Of a stretch of DNA of 49,430 nucleotides, positions 26,055 through 34,964 are shown piece by piece. This stretch comes from Verrucomicrobiota bacterium (GTDB lineage Bacteria; Verrucomicrobiota; Verrucomicrobiia; Limisphaerales; SXQI01). A program made the translations under genes and the position numbers. Numbering within the stretch: the stretch's first letter is position 1; each line of letters opens with the position of its first letter. The stretch is from the NCBI GenBank assembly GCA_033762115.1, contig JANRLX010000054.1:1-49430 (forward strand). The letters run 5' to 3'. The notes beneath the pieces are model-generated. The model was not told the DNA's origin and ran no database searches. It worked only from the letters and a program-made list of their open reading frames with translations.

Positions 26055-28982
26055 GTTTCCTCAATGCTGAGAATAATGAATTGGGCTCCCTTGCTGTCCT
26101 GGAAGAAACGGCGCGCGTTCAGACGCAACTTCTTTCTGCCAACCCGTGGAAAGGAATGATCCAGAAGGAAGTTTTCCATGTGGCTTCGTTCGGGGAGAAT
26201 CCCTTCAAATAACGTTTTCAAAGAAGAGAGATCCCAGGCGCCATCGTCAATTTGATAAATGACCTGATTTTCGCACTGCTCACGCTCAAGTTTGAACAGC
26301 TTATAAAATGCGTCGTTGGCTTTCCGCAGCCGCAAATCACCGTAGAGCGTCACGATAGGGTGTCTTATGATGCTAGTGATTTCCTCAATGGCACGCTTCA
26401 TGTCATCAATGTCCACCAGTGCGAGCACAGCGCCATCAATTTTGTCGTCGTTGGTGCGATAGGGGCGGACGCGGAGGGCGTACCAGCGACCGTGCCGATT
26501 CTGCACCTCGTGCTCGTGAATTCTGAGGGAGTCAATCACCTCGAGAACAATCTGGGCGAGGTTAGGAACAACAATGTTGGGATTGATGTCAGTGACCTTT
26601 CGCCCGACATCACCCGGGATCAGATTGAAGAATTTTTCGGCCATTGGGGTGAAACGGCGGATGGACAGGTCATTGCCCAGCATGAGGATCGGGATGTTAA
26701 TGCTGCGGAGCAGGTTACCCAGGTCATTATTCAACTGCATCAGGTCGGCGTTTCTCATGGCCAACTCTTCATTTAATGTGGTGAGTTCCTCATTGGTGGA
26801 CTGTAATTCTTCTTTGGCAGTTTCAAGTTCTTCGTTGGTGGATTGAAGCTCCTCATTGCTTGATTGAATCTCCTCATTGGCAGATTTCATTTCTTCATTC
26901 GTCGCTTCCTGTGCCTCGATGATGGCCTGCAGGCTTTCCTGGGTGGAACTGATTTCCTCGTTCAGGCGTAGCAGTTCGCGGTCCCGCAACGCTTTCTTCG
27001 AGAGTCCGGCTTTGCTTCTGCTCCGCGGGTCGGAGGGTGTTGCTTCCTCGAACAACACCACGAGAAACCGATCTGTGGATGGGGGACGGGTGAATGGAAT
27101 GACCTCGATACTTACCTCGCGGGAAACGCCCCCGTCAATTATCCGGATCCCTTCCTTTCGGCAGGTAACATCCAGTTTCAAGGCCCTGTTGATCGCAGTC
27201 CGGACATCGATCACGAGGTCAGGCCGAAGCATTTTGAAAATATTCAGGCTCGCTTCACCAGGAGGATGATCCAGGAAGCCACGGGTTTGCCCCCTGAAAT
27301 GAAGGACTTCATAACGTGAGTTTATGAATCACCCCGCTGGGGGCGTACTGGGAAAGAAGGATTCGGTCCACCTGGACCTGGAGATCGAACATCTCGTCTG
27401 CTCCGGCGTTAATATCGATGGAAGGAGAGGCATTCACTAAGGTTAGGCCAGCCTTGAACTCAATATCTGGCCGAAGGAGCGATTGTTTTCTGATGTAAAG
27501 TTTAGCCTGCTTTTCCACCAGGCCAAAGAATTCGGTGAATCCCGCAATGGTCTCCGAAGCGCCGAGCAGCAGGTAACCATTCGGTTTTAGAGAGTAGTTG
27601 AAAATGGGAATGACCTTCTTTTGAAGAACTGGTCCCAGATAGATCAAAAGGTTCCGGCAACTAATGAGGTCAATCCTGGAAAATGGGGGATCTTCAACGA
27701 CATTCTGGCGGGCAAAGACACAGAGATCCCGAATGGATTTCGTGATTTGATACCCGGCCTCCACTTTATGGAAAAAACGACGGAGACGTTGTGGGGTAAG
27801 TTCGGCAGCAATGGATTCTGGATAAACACCTGCCCGAGCCTTGTTAAGAGCCGTTTCGCTGATATCGGTCGCAAAAATCTGGAGCGAGGTGTTGTGGCTG
27901 TCCTTGCCGAGGAATTCAAGGAAGGCAATTGCAATTGAATAAGCCTCTTCGCCGGTGGAGCAGGCGGGAATCCAGATTCGCGTTGGCTCGTCCCTTTGAT
28001 TGAAGCGGACGATTTTTGGAAAGACCTTTTTCTTGAGCGTTTGAAAGACGTGTGGGTCACGGAAAAAATGAGTGACGTTGATCAGCAAATCATGAAACAG
28101 GAGATCGACCTCTCCCGGTTTAACCTGGAGATACTGATGGTAATCCTTGAAGGTCTCCTTCTTGGTCAACACCATGCGCCGTAAAATCCGGCGACGGAGT
28201 GTGCTCTGCTTATAGTAGGTGAAATCCACCCCGCTGAGCAATCGAAGAATGGCAAAAATCCTGTCAAGATCCTGCTGCGAAACAGTATCTTCGGAGTTGC
28301 CATCGACGCATGCCAAAGCAGCATGGCGAGCCGCATCGATCAGGTTCCGAATGATTCGTTCCGGAGCGAGAATAAAGTCGATGACACCGGCGGTTCTGGA
28401 GACTGTCAGATTCTGGTTTTGACTCCTACGCTGGTCCTGGGCAAAAACCAGTCCCCCTTCTGCCTTGATTGCCCTCAATCCGTTCAGGGCAAATAATTTC
28501 TTTCCAGAGAGCAGGACCGCCGCGGCGCGGTTTTCAAACGTTTCCGCGAGGGAAAGGAGAAAACGGTCCACAGATGAAGCAGTTCCCGCCGTTTTTTGGG
28601 CCTGTGAAACCAGCAAAGTTTTTTCTTTTGAGACCAGATTTGTTTTGCGGGGATTGAGAAGAACTATTTGAGGGCTCAGCAAGGAAAGTCCGTTTTTTGC
28701 GGGTTGACTGCCTGACTTGCGGAGAGTTTGAGAAATTCCCGCCAAGGTCCTGGAGTTGAGCTCTGCCCCAATGGGAATCAAAGCGATCCAGAACCTGCCT
28801 CGCTTAGTCAGACGAGCGCAAAATTCAATGGCCTGTAGTTCTCCACCCTGACCGAATAGAATGGCGATCCATAGTTCGGGGCTGTCCGGAATTTGTGACG
28901 CAGAGGAATTGGCGGCCTTGGCTTCCGCAAGGCCATTGGAGAAAATGAATTGATCCGATTTAGGTAGATTTCGTTTGGCCAC
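26051..28982 (-). pseudogene. CheB(degenerate)-CheR-PAS-coiled-coil fusion split by a one-base insertion near 27327 (fragments 27309-28982 and 26051-27232)
   Basis: CheR motifs (INVTHFFRD, ACSTGEEAYS, ISCRNLLIY) and EELQSTNEEL repeats. Removing one base from minus-strand GTG ATT C ATA AAC joins both frames into 976 aa. Confidence 0.85.
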
Positions 28983-29051
28983 AGGTAAACAAGGACTGTA
29001 CTGATTAAATCTAAAGATGCAATCAGTTGACGCTAAATACTGGGGTGCTTC

Positions 29052-30059
29052 TTAGTTATCTTTTGGCAGCTCAAGTCGACGGATAATGCTGCGGATCAAG
29101 GTGGCCTGCTCTTCGAACTCCCTGGCTTTTGCCAGGAGCGATTTCGTGATGCCAGCCCCGTTCGTTTGACCTGGCCGTTGGGCGATGCGCTTGAGAACGC
29201 TGCTTCGTTCCTCAAGGGTTTTGATCGCTACCCACAATGCGCGCTCCAATTCGTCTCCCTCTGCGGCGAGGAAACTTTGCGGAGAGAAGGTATGGCCGAC
29301 AAGGCAGGTATAACGCCAGCCCCCTTTATTATCGAGTTCCCAAAGAGGGCCGCCACAGTCAGGACAAATCAGACCGGAAGGAGCGCCTAGATTTTTGACT
29401 ATTTCGTTCAAGGTGACAGTAGCCCTCTTGCTTTTATGCTCAACAGGAAACGTCTGGCAAGAGTGGTGGGCTGCGAGTTTTGACTCCGGAATGAGAGTCT
29501 TGACCAATTTTTCGATAAGCCGAGGCATGCTTTTCAGGGCAACCTTGTGGTCAACTTCGACATAGCGGAGTGCGCTATCAACCATCCCGGTGACCATGGC
29601 GTCCGCCGGATCCTGCACAATTGATATTCCGCCGCAGCTTTTGACGGATTGAAGACCAAGAGTGCCGTCGTCAAGCGCGCCTGTCAGGATGATTCCAATA
29701 ACCCTGGGGCCGTATGCATGAGCTGCGGTTCGAAAAAGCGGGTCGATTGCCGGGCGGTGGCGATTCTCCTTCGCGCCTCGGTCCAGCACAACGTGATCAT
29801 CCTCGAGCAACATATGCTGATCGGGGGGGGCAACATAAACCACTCCAGGCTGGATGGAATCACCATCTCTGGCGTGGCGAGCTTTCAATCCTCCTGCTTT
29901 GTTGATGATATCAGGAAGGTAACTTTTGCTGGTCGCGGAAACATGCAGCACGACAAATATAGAAGCTGCCAGGGAGAGAGGTAATTTACTTAAAAGTTTA
30001 GGTATGGCTTCAACCCCTCCTGCGGAGGCGCCTATAACAATAATATCATGTCCCGGCAA
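29052..30059 (-). CDS. cheB: Stand-alone CheB-type protein-glutamate methylesterase with C-terminal Cys/His (zinc-ribbon-like) domain
   Basis: GASAGG, VLH and LTGALDDG catalytic motifs; CPDCGG...CLVGH; no REC domain; TTG start. Confidence 0.9.
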   Translation of the reverse strand: MPGHDIIVIGASAGGVEAIPKLLSKLPLSLAASIFVVLHVSATSKSYLPDIINKAGGLKARHARDGDSIQPGVVYVAPPDQHMLLEDDHVVLDRGAKENRHRPAIDPLFRTAAHAYGPRVIGIILTGALDDGTLGLQSVKSCGGISIVQDPADAMVTGMVDSALRYVEVDHKVALKSMPRLIEKLVKTLIPESKLAAHHSCQTFPVEHKSKRATVTLNEIVKNLGAPSGLICPDCGGPLWELDNKGGWRYTCLVGHTFSPQSFLAAEGDELERALWVAIKTLEERSSVLKRIAQRPGQTNGAGITKSLLAKAREFEEQATLIRSIIRRLELPKDN

Positions 30060-30123
30060 AATATACTCCAGATCGAGTTAAACCACCCTTGATCGAAAGC
30101 ATAGGCCTTTTTCTAAAGAATGC

Positions 30124-30174
30124 AAGTAAGGATACCTTGATTCTCCCTTAGTAGAAAAAGCAGTAGAGCTACGA
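30124..30174. promoter_or_regulatory. GTA-N4-TAC boxes 3 and 4 in the divergent promoter
   Basis: AAGTA-AGGA-TACCT (30124-30137) and CAGTA-GAGC-TACGA (30161-30174). Confidence 0.5.
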
Positions 30175-30231
30175 ATAGCGGCAGCGGGAGAGGGATTGAA
30201 TAATGAATCGTCAAGGTAACCCATCCCTGGT

Positions 30232-30480
30232 ATGAAAATGAAAGTTTTACTTAGAAATCTAAATACGCGGGAGTTTGTTGCAGGAAAGGACGAATGGACC
30301 TCTCGCGCGGGTGAAGGGTTCGACTTTGGGGTAAGCTTTCTGGCATACAATTATGCCATACGAAATAATATTCCTGATTTTGAGGTAGTGATTCGGTTCG
30401 AGGAGTACAGTCAGGAAATTATCCTGCACCGTTCCCGATTTGCTGGCGGTCCAATGGAAACAATGAATTACGCTGGCTAA
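30232..30480 (+). CDS. Hypothetical small protein
   Basis: 82 aa with globular-looking composition (MKVLLRN...EWT...FDF...EVVIRF); divergent from cheB. Confidence 0.7.
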   Translation: MKMKVLLRNLNTREFVAGKDEWTSRAGEGFDFGVSFLAYNYAIRNNIPDFEVVIRFEEYSQEIILHRSRFAGGPMETMNYAG

Positions 30481-30767
30481 ACTCCCTTCAGTGAAGCGCG
30501 TTGTTGTGACAACGCTGCTGTCCCCAATATATTTGCGCTGTTACAATGGGATGCGAAAGCCGAGGAGGACCGGGGGACTGAATTGAATATACCCTTTGCG
30601 ACCGAATCGCCGTTTTGTTCCAAACCCGGAATCGGACGATTGTTTATTGCGGTGTGCGCCTTCCATCTGTCTTTCCTCCAGGGGATCACGGGAATGGCAA
30701 TGCTGGCGGACGATTGGTTTATGCAACATCATGATTTAATGTCACTCCATCCGAGTCAAATAGCACT

Positions 30768-30781
30768 TCGTAGCATTACCC
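30768..30781. promoter_or_regulatory. GTA-N4-TAC box 5
   Basis: TCGTA-GCAT-TACCC, about 35 nt upstream of minus-strand ORF 30541-30732. Confidence 0.45.
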
Positions 30782-30848
30782 ATAATCAGGAAAAAACTCT
30801 CTGATCTCTCATTGCGCGGAAGCTTTAACTCCCGATTGCAAAAAAAAA

Positions 30849-31364
30849 TCAGCGGCGGACGGGAGCGCTGTTCGTGCCGGGGAGCGGAATGATTTCTCCC
30901 CTGGATGGCGTGGTTGGCTGGTAAATTCCAGCGCCCAGCCCCGACAACGGGTCCCGCGCCTTGTAGGAACGAACGCCCCGATAAATTGTGATGGAGGCAA
31001 CCACCACAATGGTGACCGCAACGAGCGGCAACGCTATTCGCCAGTTGATTTTTGATAGCTGGTAGGCAATCGCATCGATGATCCCCCGTGATTCGCCGGA
31101 AAGGCGAGGCGGTTCCCGGAATTTCTTTGTCTGCCCCAGTTCTTCATCCAGGGTTGCCAGCACAGCAGGAACATCGAGGTGAAGGACGGAAGCGCAGGTG
31201 CGAACAAAACCGCGGATATACACCGGGGCGGAAAAAACATTGTAATTTCCCTCTTCCAGCGCGGCGATATGGTCCGTGCGGATTTTCGTAATGTCCGCAA
31301 GCTGATGCTGCGTCATTTGATGCTGTTCCCGCGCGGTGCGCAATTGTTCAGCAACCGTTGGCAT
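30849..31364 (-). CDS. RodZ-like HTH protein with single TM (short form)
   Basis: LRTARE...TKIRTDHIAALEEG...YIRGFVR HTH followed by one TM; very short periplasmic tail. Confidence 0.85.
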   Translation of the reverse strand: MPTVAEQLRTAREQHQMTQHQLADITKIRTDHIAALEEGNYNVFSAPVYIRGFVRTCASVLHLDVPAVLATLDEELGQTKKFREPPRLSGESRGIIDAIAYQLSKINWRIALPLVAVTIVVVASITIYRGVRSYKARDPLSGLGAGIYQPTTPSRGEIIPLPGTNSAPVRR

Positions 31365-31404
31365 GTGCCCTGATTCTGCGCAGCAGCTCTGATAAAGGCA
31401 AGAA

Positions 31405-32310
31405 TCAGTTCGATGCCGGGGGGAACAGGAACGTCAACGCCCGCCAGGCGCGAAGACGCCAGTAGAATTCGTTATGCTGGCTCTTCTGCGCTTCACGAAA
31501 TTTTTCTTCATTCAAATCGTACCCTTGCAACGCCTCAGCTGTCAGGGGCAGATCGATAAAATGAAAAAGGTTACCATCGCCCCAGCCGATTCGACGGAGT
31601 TCCTTCACCGCAGCTTCTGTTTCCTCCAGCCCGTCGTCTCCGCCGGAGTGGTCGATTTTTCCGCTGTCGATGTAAATTTTCAATGGTTTGACCGTGCCGT
31701 TGTAAGGCTTGAGCACCTGGTTTATGAAGGCCCGTTTCTCCACCTGGAATGCTCCGGAGATCGAGGCCAGCTTGCCAAAAATTTCCGGGTGTTCCCAACC
31801 GAGCGAGAGGCTGCAAATGCCACCCATGGAGGAGCCCATCACTCCTGTATTGGCCGGGTCTTTCAACGTCCGGTAAGTCCGGTCAATATGCGGCTTGAGT
31901 TCCTCAATCAAAAACCGGGTATAATTTTTATGAAGGCCGCTTGCCCCGGAAGCATTCGTGGCCCCGCGATACTCCGAGTAACGCTTCTCGCTGCAATCCA
32001 CCGCCACCATGATGATCTCCGCCATTTTCTTTTCGCTGACAAGGCGGTCCACGGTCCGGTCCAGTTCCCAGTTCCCCCAGCCAAAGGCCGCGTGCGGGCC
32101 TGCCGAACTGAAACAGTTTTGGCCATCATGCAGGTAGAGGACGGGGTAATGCCGCTTCGCTTCCGCAGGGTAGGAGGGTGGAAGATAAACGCGAACAAAA
32201 CGGTTGGTCTGGAAAATTGCGGATGGAAACGGATTTTCAACCAACGCTCCATGAAGTGGGAAGGACATAAGAAAGCAGGTCAGGCAAAGTTGTATCGCTG
32301 CCATGTTCAC
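31405..32310 (-). CDS. Secreted alpha/beta-hydrolase esterase
   Basis: YPVLYLHDGQN, GSSMGG nucleophile and HNEFYW motifs; signal peptide. Confidence 0.9.
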   Translation of the reverse strand: MNMAAIQLCLTCFLMSFPLHGALVENPFPSAIFQTNRFVRVYLPPSYPAEAKRHYPVLYLHDGQNCFSSAGPHAAFGWGNWELDRTVDRLVSEKKMAEIIMVAVDCSEKRYSEYRGATNASGASGLHKNYTRFLIEELKPHIDRTYRTLKDPANTGVMGSSMGGICSLSLGWEHPEIFGKLASISGAFQVEKRAFINQVLKPYNGTVKPLKIYIDSGKIDHSGGDDGLEETEAAVKELRRIGWGDGNLFHFIDLPLTAEALQGYDLNEEKFREAQKSQHNEFYWRLRAWRALTFLFPPASN

Positions 32311-32388
32311 GAGCGGAGGTTAAAGGGAGCGGGTTCGGAATCAAGCAGAGGATTTGTCAGAGGAGCCGCCGGGTGTTACGGTCATCTC

Positions 32389-33360
32389 GTGCGAACCATT
32401 CTCGTTTTTATCCTGGCAATCGGCATTTCGACTGCAACGGCGGTCCATGGCGCGCAAACAAACGCCCTCTCCCTGACAAACAAACTCTCGGAAGAGGACC
32501 TGGAATATTACAAGGTGCTTGCAGAGGATGAGGCTGCCTCCAAAGAGGTGGACAAATGGATTCGCGATAACGAGGCCTTTCTGGAAAAGGGCGCCGGGCA
32601 GCCGGTTACCCTGCTTGGAGCCAAGGTCGAGCAACGTTTGGAAGCTGTGAGGAAGAGTTATCAACGGTTTTTAGAACGGTATCCCAACCATGTGGAAGGA
32701 CGTCTTGCCTATGGCAGTTTTCTCAATGAAATTCATGAGGAGGCAGCGGCAGTCAAGGAATGGGAAAAGGCCAAAAGCCTCGACCCCACCAACCCGGCTG
32801 CTTGGAATAACCTTGCCAATTATTACGGGCATCGCGGTCCGGTCACGAATGCCTTTACCCATTACGAAAAAGCGATCTCCCTCAGGACCAATGAACCGGT
32901 TTACCTGCAAAACCTTGCCACGGTCGTTTACCTCTTCAGAAAAGATGCCAAGGAGTATTATAAAATCGATGAGCAACAGGTTTTTGACAAGGCATTGGCC
33001 CTTTATGCCGACGCGCTGAAGCTCAATCCCACCAACATCCTCTTTGCCACTGCCCTTGCCGAATCCTATTACGGAATCAAGCCACCTCGTTATGAGGCTG
33101 CCATCGCCGCCTGGAACGATGCATTGAAACTCGCCAAAAATGATCTGGAACGGCAGGGCGTCTATATTCATCTTGCCCGCAACGAATTGAATTCCGGCAG
33201 GTTTGATGCCGCCCGGCAGCATCTTGATCTCGTCACGGTTCCTGAGTTTCAGGAAATGAAACAACGGCTGGAACGTAACCTGGAAAAGAAGCGCGAGGAA
33301 TCAGCGGAAAAAGCAAAAAGTCCGGGTAGTGCGGAAAAGCCAACCGAACCGAAAAAATAA
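32389..33360 (+). CDS. Secreted tetratricopeptide-repeat protein
   Basis: GTG start followed by a signal peptide and TPR repeats (LDPTNPAAWNNLA). Confidence 0.85.
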   Translation: MRTILVFILAIGISTATAVHGAQTNALSLTNKLSEEDLEYYKVLAEDEAASKEVDKWIRDNEAFLEKGAGQPVTLLGAKVEQRLEAVRKSYQRFLERYPNHVEGRLAYGSFLNEIHEEAAAVKEWEKAKSLDPTNPAAWNNLANYYGHRGPVTNAFTHYEKAISLRTNEPVYLQNLATVVYLFRKDAKEYYKIDEQQVFDKALALYADALKLNPTNILFATALAESYYGIKPPRYEAAIAAWNDALKLAKNDLERQGVYIHLARNELNSGRFDAARQHLDLVTVPEFQEMKQRLERNLEKKREESAEKAKSPGSAEKPTEPKK

Positions 33361-33366
33361 CCAATT

Positions 33367-33741
33367 TCAAGACACCTTTTCATGGGCGTAGATCAGCCAC
33401 GCTTCATGGCCCAGTTCCAGGTAAATGCATTCCTCCTTCATTTCACGGGCCATGCCAGCGAGGAAAACCTGCAACGTTTCCAACTCCGCGCTGGCCGGGA
33501 TTGCCACACGGTACTCCCGGTGCTCCCCATAATGGTCCCTCCCACGATTGTCCTTCCAATGCCCTGAGATATTGCCCGAAGAGACTGTGTACCCCGCGAA
33601 GCGGGTGACGAGGAAATCGTGTATCTCCCGTTCAAATGGAGTTCCCCGGGAGGACTTCAGTTTCAATTTTTCCAGGGGAAGAAGCATCATGGCAATTCGC
33701 CCGATGCTTTCTTTCCCCGGTGCTGGATGTGGCAATGCCAA
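33367..33741 (-). CDS. Hypothetical protein
   Basis: Globular ORF co-oriented right after glf. Start is TTG 33741 or ATG 33690. Confidence 0.7.
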   Translation of the reverse strand: MALPHPAPGKESIGRIAMMLLPLEKLKLKSSRGTPFEREIHDFLVTRFAGYTVSSGNISGHWKDNRGRDHYGEHREYRVAIPASAELETLQVFLAGMAREMKEECIYLELGHEAWLIYAHEKVS

Positions 33742-33749
33742 TGCCCAGT

Positions 33750-34946
33750 CTAGATTGATCCGGACATTTTGTTCACTCCACGACGATAGCCGTTGCTGAC
33801 TCCCCGGAAGCCGTTCCCATTTCCCGACCGGCTGGCGGGTACGATCAGTTCTTCCTCTGTCGAGGTGATCTTCTGGAAAAGGGTCAATGCCTGGGCCACC
33901 ACCTGGTCCATGTTGTAATATTTGTAAGTCGCCAGGCGCCCTGCGAAGTACACATTGGGCGTCTGGTCTGCCAAAGCCTGGTATTTTTTATAAAGCTCGG
34001 CATTTTCAGGGCGCGGAACAGGATAATATGGGTCTCCCTGGTCTTGCGGAAACTCATAGACAATTGTGGTCGACTTATGCTCCTGCCCGGTCAGGTATTT
34101 GAATTCCGTCACGCGGGTATAGGCATAATCATTTGGATAATTAATCACCGGCGCAGCTTGATATTGAGACACGTGATGGGTCTCAAATTTGAAATCCAAC
34201 GAGCGGTAGGGAAGTTTCCCATACTTGAACTCGAAGTATTCATCCACCGGGCCGGTATAAATCATTTTCTTGAACGGGATATGCTTGAGCACCTCGCGAT
34301 AATCAGTGTTCAGCATGATCTTGATGTTTTCATGCGAAAGCATGTTCTCGAACATCCGGGTGAATCCATGCGCAGGCATTGCCTGATATGAATCGGTGAA
34401 ATAGCGGTTGTCGCGGTTCGTCCGTGTGGGAATGCGGGCAGTCACCGCCGCATCCAGTTCAGAAGGGTCAATTCCCCATTGTTTACGGGTATAACCCTGG
34501 AAAAATTTTTCATAAAGTTCACGGCCAACCTTGCTGATCACCACATCCTCGGAGGTGCGGATCTGTTCCCTCGGCTCTGCCACCGACTGGAAAAACTTTT
34601 CCACCTCCATCGAATTCAGCTTCAGGCCGTAGAGCTGATTGATCGTGTCGAGATTGATCGGGATTGGCACCAGCTGGCCATCCACGCTGGCGAGCACCCG
34701 GTGCTGGTAGGAACGCCATTTCGTGAATTGCGAAAGATAATCGAACACCTGTTTGGAGTTGGTATGAAAGATATGCGGTCCATACTGATGGATCAGGATG
34801 CCTGCATCATCATAACGGTCATAAGCGTTGCCGCCGATATGTGGACGTTTATCGATGATGAGCACCTTTTTGCCGCACTGCGTCGCCAGGCGTTCCGCCA
34901 GCGTGCTGCCGGAGAATCCTGCGCCAATAATCAAATAATCGAACAT
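33750..34946 (-). CDS. glf: UDP-galactopyranose mutase
   Basis: IIGAGFSG, IGGNAYD, YGPHIFHT and GRLATYKYYNMDQ motifs. Confidence 0.97.
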   Translation of the reverse strand: MFDYLIIGAGFSGSTLAERLATQCGKKVLIIDKRPHIGGNAYDRYDDAGILIHQYGPHIFHTNSKQVFDYLSQFTKWRSYQHRVLASVDGQLVPIPINLDTINQLYGLKLNSMEVEKFFQSVAEPREQIRTSEDVVISKVGRELYEKFFQGYTRKQWGIDPSELDAAVTARIPTRTNRDNRYFTDSYQAMPAHGFTRMFENMLSHENIKIMLNTDYREVLKHIPFKKMIYTGPVDEYFEFKYGKLPYRSLDFKFETHHVSQYQAAPVINYPNDYAYTRVTEFKYLTGQEHKSTTIVYEFPQDQGDPYYPVPRPENAELYKKYQALADQTPNVYFAGRLATYKYYNMDQVVAQALTLFQKITSTEEELIVPASRSGNGNGFRGVSNGYRRGVNKMSGSI

Positions 34947-34964
34947 AGTTTGGATAGTTTGTTT

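Noticed and set aside
26760..26960. Repetitive DNA in the CheR fusion
   Set aside because: Encodes the EELQSTNEEL coiled-coil heptads; not a CRISPR array or DNA repeat element.
30341..30358. Palindrome TGGCATA-CAAT-TATGCCA
   Set aside because: Lies inside a likely CDS, single copy; may be chance.
30720..30748. dif-like sequence ATGCAACATCA-TGATT-TAATGTCACT
   Set aside because: The spacer is 5 nt rather than 6, and the arms match XerC/XerD consensus poorly.
24000..30850. Mobile island interpretation of the AT-richer CheB/CheR cluster
   Set aside because: No integrase, transposase, tRNA or flanking direct repeats seen; the composition shift alone is insufficient.
31474..32388. 628-aa ORF 31474-33360 suggesting a long antisense overlap with the esterase
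   Set aside because: The first 305 codons are a shadow of the minus-strand esterase; a clean signal peptide starts at GTG 32389.
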